A stretch of 64,000 nucleotides of DNA from Akkermansia muciniphila (GCA_963611795.1 CAVDSZ010000009.1:11602-75601); one strand, 5' to 3'; shown: positions 33,502 to 43,434, numbered from the stretch's first letter. The notes: generated by a model from the sequence alone, not told the origin. Translations and numbers: made by a program.

Positions 33502-34100
33502 CAGTTTTCGAGGAATTTCAGGAAGGTTTTGCGGTGAATCGGGCAGGGACCGTAAGCACGCAGGGCGGCAATATGTTCTGCCGTGCCGTAACCCTTATGT
33601 TTTGCGAAGCCGTATATCGGATACTGCCGATCGTCTTCGAGACACAGACGGTCTCTCGTGACTTTTGCGAGGATGCTCGCCGCGGCGACGGACATGGAGA
33701 GGGAATCCCCTTTGATGATTGCCCTTGCGGGAATCGGGTAATCGCGGATACAGTTTCCGTCGACCAGCGCGTAGTCCGCCGGTTCTTTCAGTGCGGCAAT
33801 GGCGCGCCGCATGGCGAGCATCGTCGCGTTCAGAATATTGATGCTGTCGATCTCCTCGGGCGTGGCGAATCCGATGGCAAAATCGGTCGCGCGATCGATG
33901 ACGAGATCATAGAGCAGGTCGCGCTTTTTCGGGGTCAGTTTTTTGGAGTCGTTGAGCCCAGGAATTTCGGTGCCCGGCTCCAGCACGCACGCCGCGGCGA
34001 CGACGGGCCCCGAGAGAGGGCCGCGCCCGGCTTCGTCGATGCCGCAGACATGCCGATAGCCGGTGTCACGGGCAGCGAGTTCAAAAGAATAGTCAGGCAT
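33501..34100 (-). CDS. rnhB: Ribonuclease HII
   Basis: CGIDEAGRGPLSGPVVAAA and LNDSKKLTPKKR motifs. Confidence 0.9.
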   Translation of the reverse strand: MPDYSFELAARDTGYRHVCGIDEAGRGPLSGPVVAAACVLEPGTEIPGLNDSKKLTPKKRDLLYDLVIDRATDFAIGFATPEEIDSINILNATMLAMRRAIAALKEPADYALVDGNCIRDYPIPARAIIKGDSLSMSVAAASILAKVTRDRLCLEDDRQYPIYGFAKHKGYGTAEHIAALRAYGPCPIHRKTFLKFLEN

Positions 34101-34101
34101 G

Positions 34102-34977
34102 TCAGACGGCTCCTTTCGGTTTTTCGAGAGAAATCCTGCCTATCTTGCCGGAACGGAATTCGTCGAGCAGAGTTTCCGCCGTGCGGCGAAAATTGACGGC
34201 GCCGCCCGCCATAAGGAAGCCGCGCTTTTTGCCGATTAGTTCGGTCAGGTCGTAAGCGTCGAGATCTTCGTATTCGCCGGGGGCGAGACGGTAGCGTGCC
34301 GCGAGCAGGTCGGGCGCGACTTCGGCGAGCCGCAGGGCGAGAATCATCGCGACTTCTTCCACGTCGAGAATCTGGTCGCGGATAGCACCCGTCGCGGCGA
34401 GATTTTCCCCGACGCGCTTTTCATCGAACTTCGGCCAAAGAACCCCCGGCATATCGAGCAGGGAAAGACCGATATCGGTCGAGACCCATTGTTTCGTGAG
34501 TGTGACGCCCGGGCGGTTTTCCACCTTGGCGTGTTTACCGCCGGCGAGACGGTTGATGAGCGAGGACTTTCCGACGTTCGGGATGCCGACAATCATGGCT
34601 TTGAGCCGTCGACCCTCCATGCCGCGGTCGCGGTAGCGGGCAATTTTGTCGGCGAGCACCTCGCGCACGGTGTTCTTGAGGTCGGTGACGCCCTCTCCCG
34701 TGAGGCAGTCGAGCGTGACACACGGGTTGACGTTCGCCCGGTACCGGCGGCACCAGTCGGCGGTCACGTTCGGGTCGGCGAGTGCCGCTTTGTTGAGAAT
34801 GGTCACGATTGGCTTGTCACCGATGATTTTCTTGATTTCCGGGTTTTTGGAACTGTAGGGGATTCGCGCGTCGAGAAGTTCGAGTACAATATCCACATCG
34901 GGCAGAGACTCTTTCATGAGACGGCGCGTTTTTGCCATGTGCCCCGGGAACCACTGTATCTGCTTAATATCCGGCAT
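34102..34977 (-). CDS. rbgA: Ribosome biogenesis GTPase A (YlqF/RbgA)
   Basis: IQWFPGHMAKTRR, a circularly permuted GTPase (NKAALAD ... GIPNVGKSSLINRL). The lepB-ylqF-rnhB synteny is present. Confidence 0.9.
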   Translation of the reverse strand: MPDIKQIQWFPGHMAKTRRLMKESLPDVDIVLELLDARIPYSSKNPEIKKIIGDKPIVTILNKAALADPNVTADWCRRYRANVNPCVTLDCLTGEGVTDLKNTVREVLADKIARYRDRGMEGRRLKAMIVGIPNVGKSSLINRLAGGKHAKVENRPGVTLTKQWVSTDIGLSLLDMPGVLWPKFDEKRVGENLAATGAIRDQILDVEEVAMILALRLAEVAPDLLAARYRLAPGEYEDLDAYDLTELIGKKRGFLMAGGAVNFRRTAETLLDEFRSGKIGRISLEKPKGAV

Positions 34978-35627
34978 CAGTCGAGCCCTCCGAATTTGTC
35001 AAGCGGCAGAATACGCAGCACCGCCCGCCCGAGGATACAGTCCTCGCTGATAGCGCCGAACACACGGCTGTCGTGGGAATTGAAGCGGTTATCCCCCATG
35101 ACGAAGCACTTACCGTCGCCGACCGAATAGAGGTAGTAAAGTCCCTCCTCGTCCGAATAGAGCGGCATGTCCGATACGGCATAACGTCCGTACAGGCGGT
35201 TGTTGTAGTCGAGGTAATCCGTTCCGGCGGCGACGATTTCACCGTCGACGGAGACACCGTATTGGTCAATACGGACGGTTTGCCCCTCGACGGCGATGAC
35301 GCGCTTGATGAGCGGCTCGTCCAGCCCGGTCTCCACCGCGCTTTCAAAGACGACAATATCGCCGACTTTCGGCGTGTAAAACAGGTCGGAGATAATGAGG
35401 TGTTCGCTGTTTTTGAGGGTTGGCTCCATAGAACTGCCGTCTACCACCGTATGGCGGAAAAGAAACAGTGCGGCGAAGAGGAGAACGCACACGGTGATGA
35501 CGATGAGTTCGACATATTCAAAGAGGGTTCCGGTGACAAGACGGCGACGGTCGGGTGTCACCTGTTTCGGCGGCTCCGGCGGCGTCTCTTCGGGGAAGAA
35601 GGTATCACCGTTTGAGAGATCGGACAT
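34977..35627 (-). CDS. lepB: Signal peptidase I
   Basis: The start was moved to ATG at 35627 (MSDLSNG) after an AAAGGAG RBS. VVDGSSMEPTL (catalytic Ser) and GDNRFNSHDSR motifs are present. Confidence 0.85.
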   Translation of the reverse strand: MSDLSNGDTFFPEETPPEPPKQVTPDRRRLVTGTLFEYVELIVITVCVLLFAALFLFRHTVVDGSSMEPTLKNSEHLIISDLFYTPKVGDIVVFESAVETGLDEPLIKRVIAVEGQTVRIDQYGVSVDGEIVAAGTDYLDYNNRLYGRYAVSDMPLYSDEEGLYYLYSVGDGKCFVMGDNRFNSHDSRVFGAISEDCILGRAVLRILPLDKFGGLD

Positions 35628-35760
35628 AAAAGTCTCCTTTTGTTTGACATAAAACGGCGTTTCCGGGACGAAAACATATCTTATATATAATAACACACGC
35701 ACATGAAAAATACAACTGCGTATCTTTCCGAAAAAACGAAAAACTTTTTTGCGTTACCTA

Positions 35761-35789
35761 TTGATTTTTGTCAAAAATGTCGTTATAAT
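35761..35789 (+). promoter_or_regulatory. Sigma-A-type promoter TTGATT-17 nt-TATAAT upstream of rplS
   Basis: TTGATT at 35761-35766, a 17-nt spacer, TATAAT at 35784-35789. An ~80-nt leader precedes rplS. Confidence 0.55.
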
Positions 35790-35873
35790 GAAATGCGTCG
35801 TGTCAAAACGGCGAGTAGGACAGTCCTCTGCAACTCGGTATGAATGTCCGATATTTTTAAGGAGGGTCTCACA

Positions 35874-36215
35874 ATGGATAAGATTGAGGCTTTTGTGAAC
35901 GAGCAACTCAAGGAAAATGTTCCTGAGTTCAATGTTGGTGATACCGTTCGGGTACACAACAGAATCAAGGAAGGTGCCAAGACCAGAATTCAGATGTATG
36001 AAGGCACGGTCATCGCGAAGCGCGGCGGCGGGATTTCCGCCACCTTTACCGTAAGACGTGTTTCTTACGGGTGCGGCGTTGAGAAAACCTTTCCGCTCCA
36101 CTCTCCCAATGTAGAGAAAGTTGAAGTTGTCCGCCGCGGTTCCGTCCGTCGCGCGAAACTCTTCTATCTGCGTGACAGAGTTGGTAAGGCCGCGAAGGTA
36201 AAAGAGAAGATTTGA
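35874..36215 (+). CDS. rplS: 50S ribosomal protein L19
   Basis: The start was moved to ATG 35874. [43 protein letters not shown] is the L19 signature. Confidence 0.95.
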   Translation: MDKIEAFVNEQLKENVPEFNVGDTVRVHNRIKEGAKTRIQMYEGTVIAKRGGGISATFTVRRVSYGCGVEKTFPLHSPNVEKVEVVRRGSVRRAKLFYLRDRVGKAAKVKEKI

Positions 36216-36234
36216 TTTCCTCGTCGGCAAATAG

Positions 36235-36267
36235 AAAACGACCGCTGCTCTGTCGGCGGTCGTTTTC
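36235..36267 (+). terminator. Rho-independent terminator after rplS
   Basis: AAAACGACCGC ... GCGGTCGTTTT stem followed by a T-run. Confidence 0.75.
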
Positions 36268-36341
36268 TGTATCTTCTGTGAAGCGCCGGGGGACTGTCGT
36301 CTGCGGCGTTCATCCGCGCAGTCATAACGCCAACCGTGCGG

Positions 36342-36683
36342 TTACGCCATGCGCTCCGGCAGTTTCACGCCGCCGAGCAGGTGGAAGTGCAGGTGGCGGA
36401 CAGACTGACAGCCGTCTTCACCCACGTTGGTGATGACGCGGTAGCCGTTTGCGAGCCCGAGTGTTTTCGCGACTTCGGGGATTGCCTCCGCGACGTGACG
36501 CACGATATTGCTGTTTGCGGGAGTCACTTCGTCAATGGAAGCGATGTGTTCTTTCGGCACGATGAGGACGTGGACGGGGGCTTGCGGCTGAATATCCCGA
36601 AAAGCGTAAACATAGTCGTTCTCGTACACTTTGGCGGACGGGATTTCCCCCGCGATGATTTTACAAAACAGGCAATCCATCAA
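36342..36683 (-). CDS. HIT-family (histidine triad) protein
   Basis: CLFCKIIAGEIP at the N-terminus and the HLHFHLLGG histidine triad. Confidence 0.9.
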   Translation of the reverse strand: MMDCLFCKIIAGEIPSAKVYENDYVYAFRDIQPQAPVHVLIVPKEHIASIDEVTPANSNIVRHVAEAIPEVAKTLGLANGYRVITNVGEDGCQSVRHLHFHLLGGVKLPERMA

Positions 36684-36755
36684 TTTTGCACCTCGCTTTT
36701 GAATGTGTTTTTAGTCTAGCACACACCGACCGCGGTTTGCAAGGGGGGAAGACTG

Positions 36756-37874
36756 ATGAAATCATATATTTTACCGTCCCCAGAGGGGGTCACGGACGTT
36801 TGGGAGCGCCTGCGGGAGGAGATGCGCCCCTTGGTTGTTTGGGGCATGGGGAACGGCGCCGATAAACTGCTGAACGTTTTTGCCGAGAGAGGGCTGACCG
36901 TTGCCGACTTTGTCGCTTCGGACGGTTTCGTGCGCGGGCAGTCTTTTCACGATAAACGCGTGCTTTCGTTTTCCGAGGTGAGGGAAAAGTATGCGTCACC
37001 GGCGCTCGTCATGGCGTTCGGGACGCGGCGCCCCGAGGTACTGGAATCCGTCCTTTGCCGTATGGGAGAATATCCGCTGTATCTGCCCGACCTGCCGGTT
37101 GCGGGGGAGACGCTGTTCGATACCGCCTATTATCGCGCCCATTATGAAGAGTTCCTTGCGGTTAGTGCTCGGTTCGCCGACGAAACGTCGCGGAATCTCT
37201 TCGCCGCCATGTTCACCTATAAACTCACGGGCGATCCCGCGATTCTATTCGACGCATGGACGCCCGCGGAAGAGACGACGCAGCTGCTCGGGCTCTCTGC
37301 GGTCAAAACCTACATCGACGTGGGTGCCTATACCGGCGACACGCTTACTGAGCTGCTCGAACTGGGGGCGCCGCTGACGCATGCTGTCTGTGTGGAGCCC
37401 GATTGTCGGAATTTCCGGAAACTGATGGCAAGGGCGGAGGCACTCGCGCCGCTCTCCGTCACCTGCATACATGCCGCGTCATGGGACGTGGCAGGGACGG
37501 GGTGCTTTTTCGGGAGTGGGAACCGTAATGCCTCTCTCTGCGGAGCATCGTTTGAGAACCGCCCGGCGGACACCGCCCTGGTTCCCGTTGATACACTTGC
37601 CCGAGGACTGAACCCGGATTATATTAAATTCGATACCGAGGGGGCAGAGCGGCAAGGGCTAATCGGTGCCGCCGCGACAATCGACCGCGCGAGACCGAAG
37701 CTGCGGGTCGCGGCGTATCATCGCACGGAGGATCTGATTGCATTGCCGAAATTGCTCTTATCGTTATGCCCCGATTATGACATTTACCTGCGGCGTAAGC
37801 GTTGCCTCCCCGCGTGGGAGGCGGACCTCATCGCGCTGCCCGAGAAAGGAGTCGCGACACATGAAAACAGCTGA
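36756..37874 (+). CDS. FkbM-family methyltransferase
   Basis: YIDVGAYTGDT is a SAM-binding-like motif. The C-terminal IKFDTEGAE is typical of the FkbM family. Confidence 0.65.
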   Translation: MKSYILPSPEGVTDVWERLREEMRPLVVWGMGNGADKLLNVFAERGLTVADFVASDGFVRGQSFHDKRVLSFSEVREKYASPALVMAFGTRRPEVLESVLCRMGEYPLYLPDLPVAGETLFDTAYYRAHYEEFLAVSARFADETSRNLFAAMFTYKLTGDPAILFDAWTPAEETTQLLGLSAVKTYIDVGAYTGDTLTELLELGAPLTHAVCVEPDCRNFRKLMARAEALAPLSVTCIHAASWDVAGTGCFFGSGNRNASLCGASFENRPADTALVPVDTLARGLNPDYIKFDTEGAERQGLIGAAATIDRARPKLRVAAYHRTEDLIALPKLLLSLCPDYDIYLRRKRCLPAWEADLIALPEKGVATHENS

Positions 37875-39129
37875 CAGACAAGCGCCGGAATTGCTTTCTC
37901 CGGCAGGGAATTTTGAAAAAATGGAGGCGGCGATTCGTTACGGCGCGGATGCGGTCTACCTCGCGGGGCACACTTTCGGTATGCGCTCCGCCGCGGACAA
38001 TTTCAACGATGAAGAACTCGCTGCGGCAATCGCTTACGCACACGAACGCGGCGTGCGGGTCTATGTAACGGTAAACACGGCTCCGCGCGATGCGGAGTAC
38101 CCGGCACTCGCCGCTTATCTGCGGCGCCTCGGAGAGCTCGCCCCCGATGCGTTGATTGTTGCCGACCTCGGTGTGTTCTCCCTTTGTCGGGAACTGATAC
38201 CCGAAATGGAACTGCATATTTCAACCCAAGCGAACAGCGTTTCCGCCGCAGACGTGCGGGCGTGGGGACGGCTTGGGGCGAAGCGCGTGGTACTCTCGCG
38301 GGAACTGACGCTGGAGGAGATTCGTGCCATTCGCGCGGCGGTTCCCCCGGGGACGGAACTCGAATGCTTTATCCACGGTTCCATGTGTATTTCGTACAGT
38401 GGCAGATGCCTTTTGTCCAACTATCTCTGCGGTCGTGACGCGAATCACGGCGCCTGCGCCCAGCCCTGCCGCTGGGAATACAAGATTCGCCCGACGTCTT
38501 ATGAACTGATTGAACGGGAACGCCCCGAGATGCCGATTCCGATTGAGGAGACGGCGGGGGAGACCTTCATCATGTCGAGCCGCGACCTTTCGATGATTGC
38601 CCATGTGCCGGAACTCATCGACGCCGGTATCGCGTCCTTTAAGATTGAGGGGCGTATGAAGAGCGCCTACTATACCGCCGTCGTCACCAATGCCTACCGT
38701 ATGGCAATCGACGCTGCGCTCCGCGGGGAGACACAGCCGAATTCTCTCTGGCTCCGGGAGCTTGAGAGCGTTTCGCACCGAGAATACGATACCGGCTATT
38801 TTTACACTGACTCCCGAAAAGAGGCACTCACCTGTCGGGAAAGCGGCTATATTCGTGAAAAGGCTTATCTTGCGACGGTACTGTCCTATGACCCCGTGAC
38901 CGGGGAAGCCAAGTGCGTGCAGAGAAATAAGGTCTCCGTCGGCGACCCGATGGAACTTCTGACACCGGGCAGAGGCGGGCAGCCTCTTTCCTGCACGGCA
39001 CTCTTTGATGAGGAGCATCAGCCGATACCCTCCACGCCGCATCCGGCGATGATTTTCTACCTGCCCGTGCCGTTCCCGGTACAGTCGGGCGACATTCTCC
39101 GCGGCGGGGAAGTTGTTCCGAAATCGTAA
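37861..39129 (+). CDS. Peptidase U32-family protein
   Basis: ORF 37738..39129. The start was moved to ATG 37861 (MKTADRQAPELLSPAGN). ELLSPAGNFEKMEAAIRYGADAVYLAG and ...ECFIHGSMCISYSGRCLLS match U32. Confidence 0.8.
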   Translation: MKTADRQAPELLSPAGNFEKMEAAIRYGADAVYLAGHTFGMRSAADNFNDEELAAAIAYAHERGVRVYVTVNTAPRDAEYPALAAYLRRLGELAPDALIVADLGVFSLCRELIPEMELHISTQANSVSAADVRAWGRLGAKRVVLSRELTLEEIRAIRAAVPPGTELECFIHGSMCISYSGRCLLSNYLCGRDANHGACAQPCRWEYKIRPTSYELIERERPEMPIPIEETAGETFIMSSRDLSMIAHVPELIDAGIASFKIEGRMKSAYYTAVVTNAYRMAIDAALRGETQPNSLWLRELESVSHREYDTGYFYTDSRKEALTCRESGYIREKAYLATVLSYDPVTGEAKCVQRNKVSVGDPMELLTPGRGGQPLSCTALFDEEHQPIPSTPHPAMIFYLPVPFPVQSGDILRGGEVVPKS

Positions 39130-39202
39130 GAGCGGAGCAAACAAATCCCCGCCTTTGCGAATCCCGCGCTGTGCGACGGTTTCTCGCCGCACGAATAGAA
39201 AG

Positions 39203-39229
39203 AACAGTCCTTTGCTGAGGGCTGTTTTT
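39203..39229. terminator. Hairpin plus T-run between the convergent U32 and ung genes
   Basis: AACAGTCC ... GGGCTGTT stem followed by TTTTC. An A-rich stretch lies on the other side. Confidence 0.55.
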
Positions 39230-39235
39230 CTTGTG

Positions 39236-39916
39236 TTACGGCTGTTCGAGGACGGAATCCCAGCGGATGGGGGTCATTCCGTTTTCAATGAGGAAATGAT
39301 TGCATTTGGAGAAATGCTTACAACCGAAAAAGCCGTTGTAGGCGGAGAGTGGCGAGGGGTGTACTGTTTCCAGAATGAGATGGCGCGGATTCGTAATCAG
39401 GCTCTTTTTTGACCGCGCGTTACCGCCCCAAAGGAGAAAGACAATGGGGTGATCCGCATTGTTCAGTGAACGAATGACGGCGTCGGTGAACGTCTCCCAG
39501 CCGTGCCCCTTGTGGCTTTGCGGGGCGCCCGCACGCACGGTAAGGGTCGTGTTGAGGAGAAGTACGCCTTGGTCTGCCCAGCTTTGGAGGTAGCCGCCCT
39601 TCGGCGTCGGCATACCGATGTCGTCGGCGAGTTCTCGGTAGATATTGCAGAGAGACGGCGGCGGTTCGATTCCGGGCTGGACGGAAAAGCAGAGTCCGTG
39701 CGCCTGTCCGGGGCCGTGGTAGGGGTCCTGCCCGAGAATCACCGCTTTCACCTTGCTGTAAGGCGTGCTTTTCAGGGCGTTGAAGATATGGTACATATCG
39801 GGATAGATGCGCCGTGTTCCGTATTCTTCTTTGAGAAACTCGCGCAGGGCGAGGTAATAGTCCTTATGGAACTCGTCTCCGATGACGTCGTCCCAGTCAT
39901 TTCCGATTTTCGGCAT
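39236..39916 (-). CDS. ung: Uracil-DNA glycosylase
   Basis: VILGQDPYHGPGQAHGLCFSV and HPSPLSA motifs. Confidence 0.95.
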   Translation of the reverse strand: MPKIGNDWDDVIGDEFHKDYYLALREFLKEEYGTRRIYPDMYHIFNALKSTPYSKVKAVILGQDPYHGPGQAHGLCFSVQPGIEPPPSLCNIYRELADDIGMPTPKGGYLQSWADQGVLLLNTTLTVRAGAPQSHKGHGWETFTDAVIRSLNNADHPIVFLLWGGNARSKKSLITNPRHLILETVHPSPLSAYNGFFGCKHFSKCNHFLIENGMTPIRWDSVLEQP

Positions 39917-39973
39917 AAAAATCCCCTCTCCGGCTTTTTTCTCATTGTAGCACAGAGAGGGGGAAAATACAAG

Positions 39974-40912
39974 TCAGCAGAAAACGCTTTCGATGATGCG
40001 CTCACAGCATGACGGGGAATAGCGCCAGGTATCGATATGGGTATGTTCTCGGGTATCGGTAAAGTAACGCATCGGCGTTACCGTACCGCCTGCGGCGGAA
40101 TCAATAATAATCAGTTTGATTTTCATTTTTTCCGGCAGAATGCTTTTGATGTAAACGGCGGCGATTTGATTAACTTCGACCCCCTCTTTCAGTTCCGCGA
40201 GACCGGCGAGGTTGGGTGTCAGTTCCACGAAGATGCCGTATGGCTCAATCGAGCGGACGATGCCGGCGACGGTCTGCCCCGGGGTGAAGAGCGCCGCGTT
40301 CTCTTCCCAGTTGCCGAGCAACTCACGGTGGGAGACGTAAATGCGCCCCTCGTCGTCGATGCTCTTAACGACGGTGAAGATGCGGTCGCCGGGCGAGAAA
40401 CGGACGCGCGGGTGCGAAATGCGGGAGACGGAGATGCTGTCGATAGACAGGAGGGAAACAAGACCGCATCCGATGTCGACGAAAGCGCCGAAGTTTTCGA
40501 GATGCGTGACGGCGGCGGGAATGATGTCGCCCGGGACCAGCCCCGATACGTAATGCTCCATGCAGTCTTTCTGCGCTTCTCGTCGGGAGAGGACGGCAGA
40601 CACCCCGTCGGCATTGCGCTCGAATCCGATGACCTTGAAGCAGACGGGCTTCCCGACGCGTGTCAGAACGGCGATGTCTTTGACGCTCTCGCCCGGGCGG
40701 CAGTACACGACTTCTTCGCGCGGCATTTTTCCGGGCATTCCGCCGAGGTCGAAATGCAGGCAGAAGTCGCTGTCGCAGAGCAGTGCGACGGATTCAAGAA
40801 TCTTTCCGCGTTCCATGGCTTTTTCAAGCCCGGTACGCCCTTGGAGGTATTCCTGGTTTCCGCTCCCTGTGAGCAGAGAGCCTTCCGGTTGATAGGGATA
40901 CATAGCATACAC
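39974..40912 (-). CDS. S1 RNA-binding domain protein (multiple S1 repeats)
   Basis: GDIIPAAVTHLENFGAFVDIGCG and GQTVAGIVRSIEPYGIFVEL are S1/OB-fold signatures. Confidence 0.7.
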   Translation of the reverse strand: MYAMYPYQPEGSLLTGSGNQEYLQGRTGLEKAMERGKILESVALLCDSDFCLHFDLGGMPGKMPREEVVYCRPGESVKDIAVLTRVGKPVCFKVIGFERNADGVSAVLSRREAQKDCMEHYVSGLVPGDIIPAAVTHLENFGAFVDIGCGLVSLLSIDSISVSRISHPRVRFSPGDRIFTVVKSIDDEGRIYVSHRELLGNWEENAALFTPGQTVAGIVRSIEPYGIFVELTPNLAGLAELKEGVEVNQIAAVYIKSILPEKMKIKLIIIDSAAGGTVTPMRYFTDTREHTHIDTWRYSPSCCERIIESVFC

Positions 40913-41004
40913 CTCTTTTTTGTAGTCTTTTGTTTGTGATACATTACCAAGATATGAGAGAGCATGTCCTGCAAGAACCCATTCGACAAAACTAGAAAAA
41001 ACAA

Positions 41005-41035
41005 CAGAAAAAGCACCCGGTTTTGACCGGGTGCT
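41005..41035 (-). terminator. Rho-independent terminator, minus strand
   Basis: AGCACCCGG / CCGGGTGCT stem (41012-41035). On the minus strand it is followed by a T-rich run. Confidence 0.75.
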
Positions 41036-41050
41036 TCGTGTGTATTCTGC

Positions 41051-41767
41051 TTACAGGTCTGCGACTGTGAGGGAGGCTTCTGCATTGATTTCGCCGTCCT
41101 CGCGGAGTGTACAGAAGCCGTAAGATCCGTCGGAGAGCACGGTGCGAAAGACTGTGAGCGTCTCACCGAGTGGCGCATCCTTCTGAAAGCGAATGGAGAA
41201 GCGGGAGATCCACTTGCCCGCCATGTCGAGGAATCCGGCGAACAAATCGGGGTAAAAGGTGTTGTTCAGGTGGCGGTTCTGATCTGTCTGCCCGTAGGTG
41301 ACGGTGTAGGTGCCCACCCGCTCCATGAGGTCTGTGTGCGGGAGGGGGAATCGTTTCATACGGTATGCGGGCAGTGGCATCGGCTCGAACCTGGCGGGGT
41401 AGTCCTCATAGCGTTGCAGCGCCTTGGTCTCGATGTCGATTAGTCCGAACTGACCGAGTCCCACGGCGACCGTTCCGTCCTTATCATGCAGAGCGTAATA
41501 GCGGGGAAAGAGAAAGCCGCGCCCCACGCAACCGCAACTCTCGCTATCCAGTTCTTCATATGTGCGGACGGGGCGGTTTAGGGTGACATCAATGGCAGTC
41601 AGGACAAAGGCTTTCCCCATGGCACGCATTTCTTCATTGGAAGGTCCCTCACCGTGCAGTTGTCCGTTTGCGGCAATCTGCAGATAACGCAGAATGGCAG
41701 AGGGGCGGCAGATACCATTATAATCTTCGTCGTGAATATCAGCGACGATGTGACTGATCCAACTCAT
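41051..41767 (-). CDS. Acyl-ACP thioesterase-like protein
   Basis: 238 aa with a double-hotdog-like layout. The N-terminal pattern YNGICRPSAILRYLQIAA and overall length fit the Acyl-ACP_TE family. Assigned by similarity from memory only. Confidence 0.5.
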   Translation of the reverse strand: MSWISHIVADIHDEDYNGICRPSAILRYLQIAANGQLHGEGPSNEEMRAMGKAFVLTAIDVTLNRPVRTYEELDSESCGCVGRGFLFPRYYALHDKDGTVAVGLGQFGLIDIETKALQRYEDYPARFEPMPLPAYRMKRFPLPHTDLMERVGTYTVTYGQTDQNRHLNNTFYPDLFAGFLDMAGKWISRFSIRFQKDAPLGETLTVFRTVLSDGSYGFCTLREDGEINAEASLTVADL

Positions 41768-41842
41768 ATAATCCTCCGATTGACCGGGAAATGAACGATA
41801 TGAGTATAGTCGTTTGTGTCCGCAAAGTCAAGTCGCACAACG

Positions 41843-42301
41843 TCAAATGTTCGGTTTGACAGCGTTCGGGGGTGTGGGAGGCGGAGGCGGTGCCACGGTG
41901 TGCGGCGTCAGACCGAAGCTGACGGAAATGGCGCTGTCCACCCGTTGCATCAGCGCATCGGGCAGATGTCCCATCTTCTCGCGCAGACGCTGTTTGTCAA
42001 GGGTGCGTATCTGTTCCAGCAGAATGACGGAATCCCTCGTCAATCCTACGTCGGCGGCAAAAATGTCGATGTGGGTAGGTAGTTTTGCCTTACCGAGTTT
42101 GCTTGTAATAGCGGCGGCAATCACGGTCGGGCTGTATCGGTTTCCGACGTCGTTCTGTACAATCAGAACAGGGCGCAATCCGCCCTGTTCACTGCCGACG
42201 ACGGGAGAAAGATCCGCATAGTATATATCACCGCGTTTTATGTTCATCATAGCGTTTTGCGCGTAACGTATTCCTTTCTGTGATTCCGGTATCCCGTGCA
42301 T
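41843..42301 (-). CDS. mazF: MazF/PemK-family endoribonuclease toxin, with no adjacent antitoxin gene
   Basis: [47 protein letters not shown]...LPTH matches MazF/EndoA closely. It has an unusual Pro-rich C-terminal tail ([14 protein letters not shown]). The start is either ATG 42301 (AAAGGA RBS) or ATG 42250. Confidence 0.85.
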   Translation of the reverse strand: MHGIPESQKGIRYAQNAMMNIKRGDIYYADLSPVVGSEQGGLRPVLIVQNDVGNRYSPTVIAAAITSKLGKAKLPTHIDIFAADVGLTRDSVILLEQIRTLDKQRLREKMGHLPDALMQRVDSAISVSFGLTPHTVAPPPPPTPPNAVKPNI

Positions 42302-42384
42302 TCAGTCTGTCCTTTGCGGGGGACTTTTAATCACGATTTGAGAAATCTTCTTAGTATTAGATTATTTTTCCTCTGTCCGAAGTG

Positions 42385-42430
42385 TGAAAAAAGACCGTCC
42401 CTCGGAGGAATCCCGCCGGTGGACGGTCTT
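42385..42430 (-). terminator. Hairpin plus T-run terminating the DUF378 gene, minus strand
   Basis: AAGACCGTCC (42391-42400) pairs with GGACGGTCTT (42421-42430). On the minus strand it is followed by TTTTTTC. Confidence 0.55.
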
Positions 42431-42435
42431 GCGGT

Positions 42436-42651
42436 TTATTCTGCTCCCGTGACCGCCTCTTCGCGAGGACGGAAGAGCAGAGAAATGCACCAGATCCCCG
42501 CGAGTGCGACGACCGTGTAGATGATCCGCGCCACGACCGAGCCCTGCCCGCCGCAGATCCATGCGACGATGTCAAAAGAGAAAAGACCGATGCTGCCCCA
42601 GTTCAGAGCGCCGATGATGGTCAGGATCAATGCGATTCTGTCAAGAACCAT
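42436..42651 (-). CDS. DUF378 small membrane protein
   Basis: IALILTIIGALNWGSIGLFSFDIVAWI is the DUF378 signature. Confidence 0.8.
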   Translation of the reverse strand: MVLDRIALILTIIGALNWGSIGLFSFDIVAWICGGQGSVVARIIYTVVALAGIWCISLLFRPREEAVTGAE

Positions 42652-42747
42652 GATACTATCCCCCTAAAAAGAAATACGAAACGATGTTCGTCGGGGATAG
42701 TATGCTTGCGCTTGGGCAGCGTTATACATAACGTTTCATTCATCTTC

Positions 42748-43434
42748 TTAATCTGTGATTTCTCCCCGAAGAGCCTCCAGTGCCTTTTTTTCAATACGGG
42801 AGACATAGGAGCGGGAGATACCGAGGTGTTTTGCTACTTCACGTTGCGTTTTCGGTGCGGTGCCCGATAGACCGTATCGCAGACAAATGATTTCCCGTTC
42901 GCGATCGTCCAGTACGTGAAATAGCAGACGCCGGATTTTTTCATTTGTCATTTTTCGGTCCAATTCTTCGGGAATGTCGCACTCATCGGAGATAATGTCG
43001 ATGTAGGTCAGGGGATTTCCGTCGCGATCGACGTCGATCGTTTCCGAGAGGGAAACCTCAAGGTTCTGCTTCTTTTGCGAACGAAAATACATTAGAATTT
43101 CGTTCTGAATACATTTTGCCCCATACGTTGCAAATCTTGCACCGTTGCCGGAGCGAAAAGAGTCGATCGCTTTGATAAGGCCAATGGAACCGATTGAAAT
43201 GAGTTCGTCAGGGTTTGGTGCGTTTGTGTAATACTTTCGCACAATGTGTGCCACGAGGCGTAAATTGTGTTCAATCAGCGTTGCGCGTGCATCGGCATCG
43301 TGCGTTGCCTCAACTTTGCGAAACAGTTCATTTTCTTCCTCGCGCCCGAGCGGGGGCGGAAAGTTTTGCCCGGTCGATATGCCGAGAATGACAGACGCGA
43401 AAAAGTGAATGATACGCTCGAGAAATGCAAGCAT
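42748..43434 (-). CDS. sigK: Sporulation sigma factor SigK (pro-sigma-K, uninterrupted)
   Basis: FPPPLGREEE, IEHNLRLVAHIVRKY and LGISRSYVSRIEKKAL closely parallel B. subtilis sigma-K rather than sigma-E (IERNLRLVVYIARK). A short hydrophobic pro-sequence is present. Confidence 0.75.
   Translation of the reverse strand: MLAFLERIIHFFASVILGISTGQNFPPPLGREEENELFRKVEATHDADARATLIEHNLRLVAHIVRKYYTNAPNPDELISIGSIGLIKAIDSFRSGNGARFATYGAKCIQNEILMYFRSQKKQNLEVSLSETIDVDRDGNPLTYIDIISDECDIPEELDRKMTNEKIRRLLFHVLDDREREIICLRYGLSGTAPKTQREVAKHLGISRSYVSRIEKKALEALRGEITD

Noticed and set aside
35790-35873. The ~80-nt rplS leader considered as an L19-leader regulatory RNA
   Set aside because: Only weak, short hairpins are visible, and I cannot match them to the known L19 leader motif from memory. 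The region is left unannotated. An Rfam scan would settle it.
37738-37860. N-terminal extension of the U32 peptidase ORF (the track starts it at 37738)
   Set aside because: The extension overlaps the 3' end of the FkbM methyltransferase gene. ATG 37861 gives the conserved U32 N-terminus (…ELLSPAGN…).
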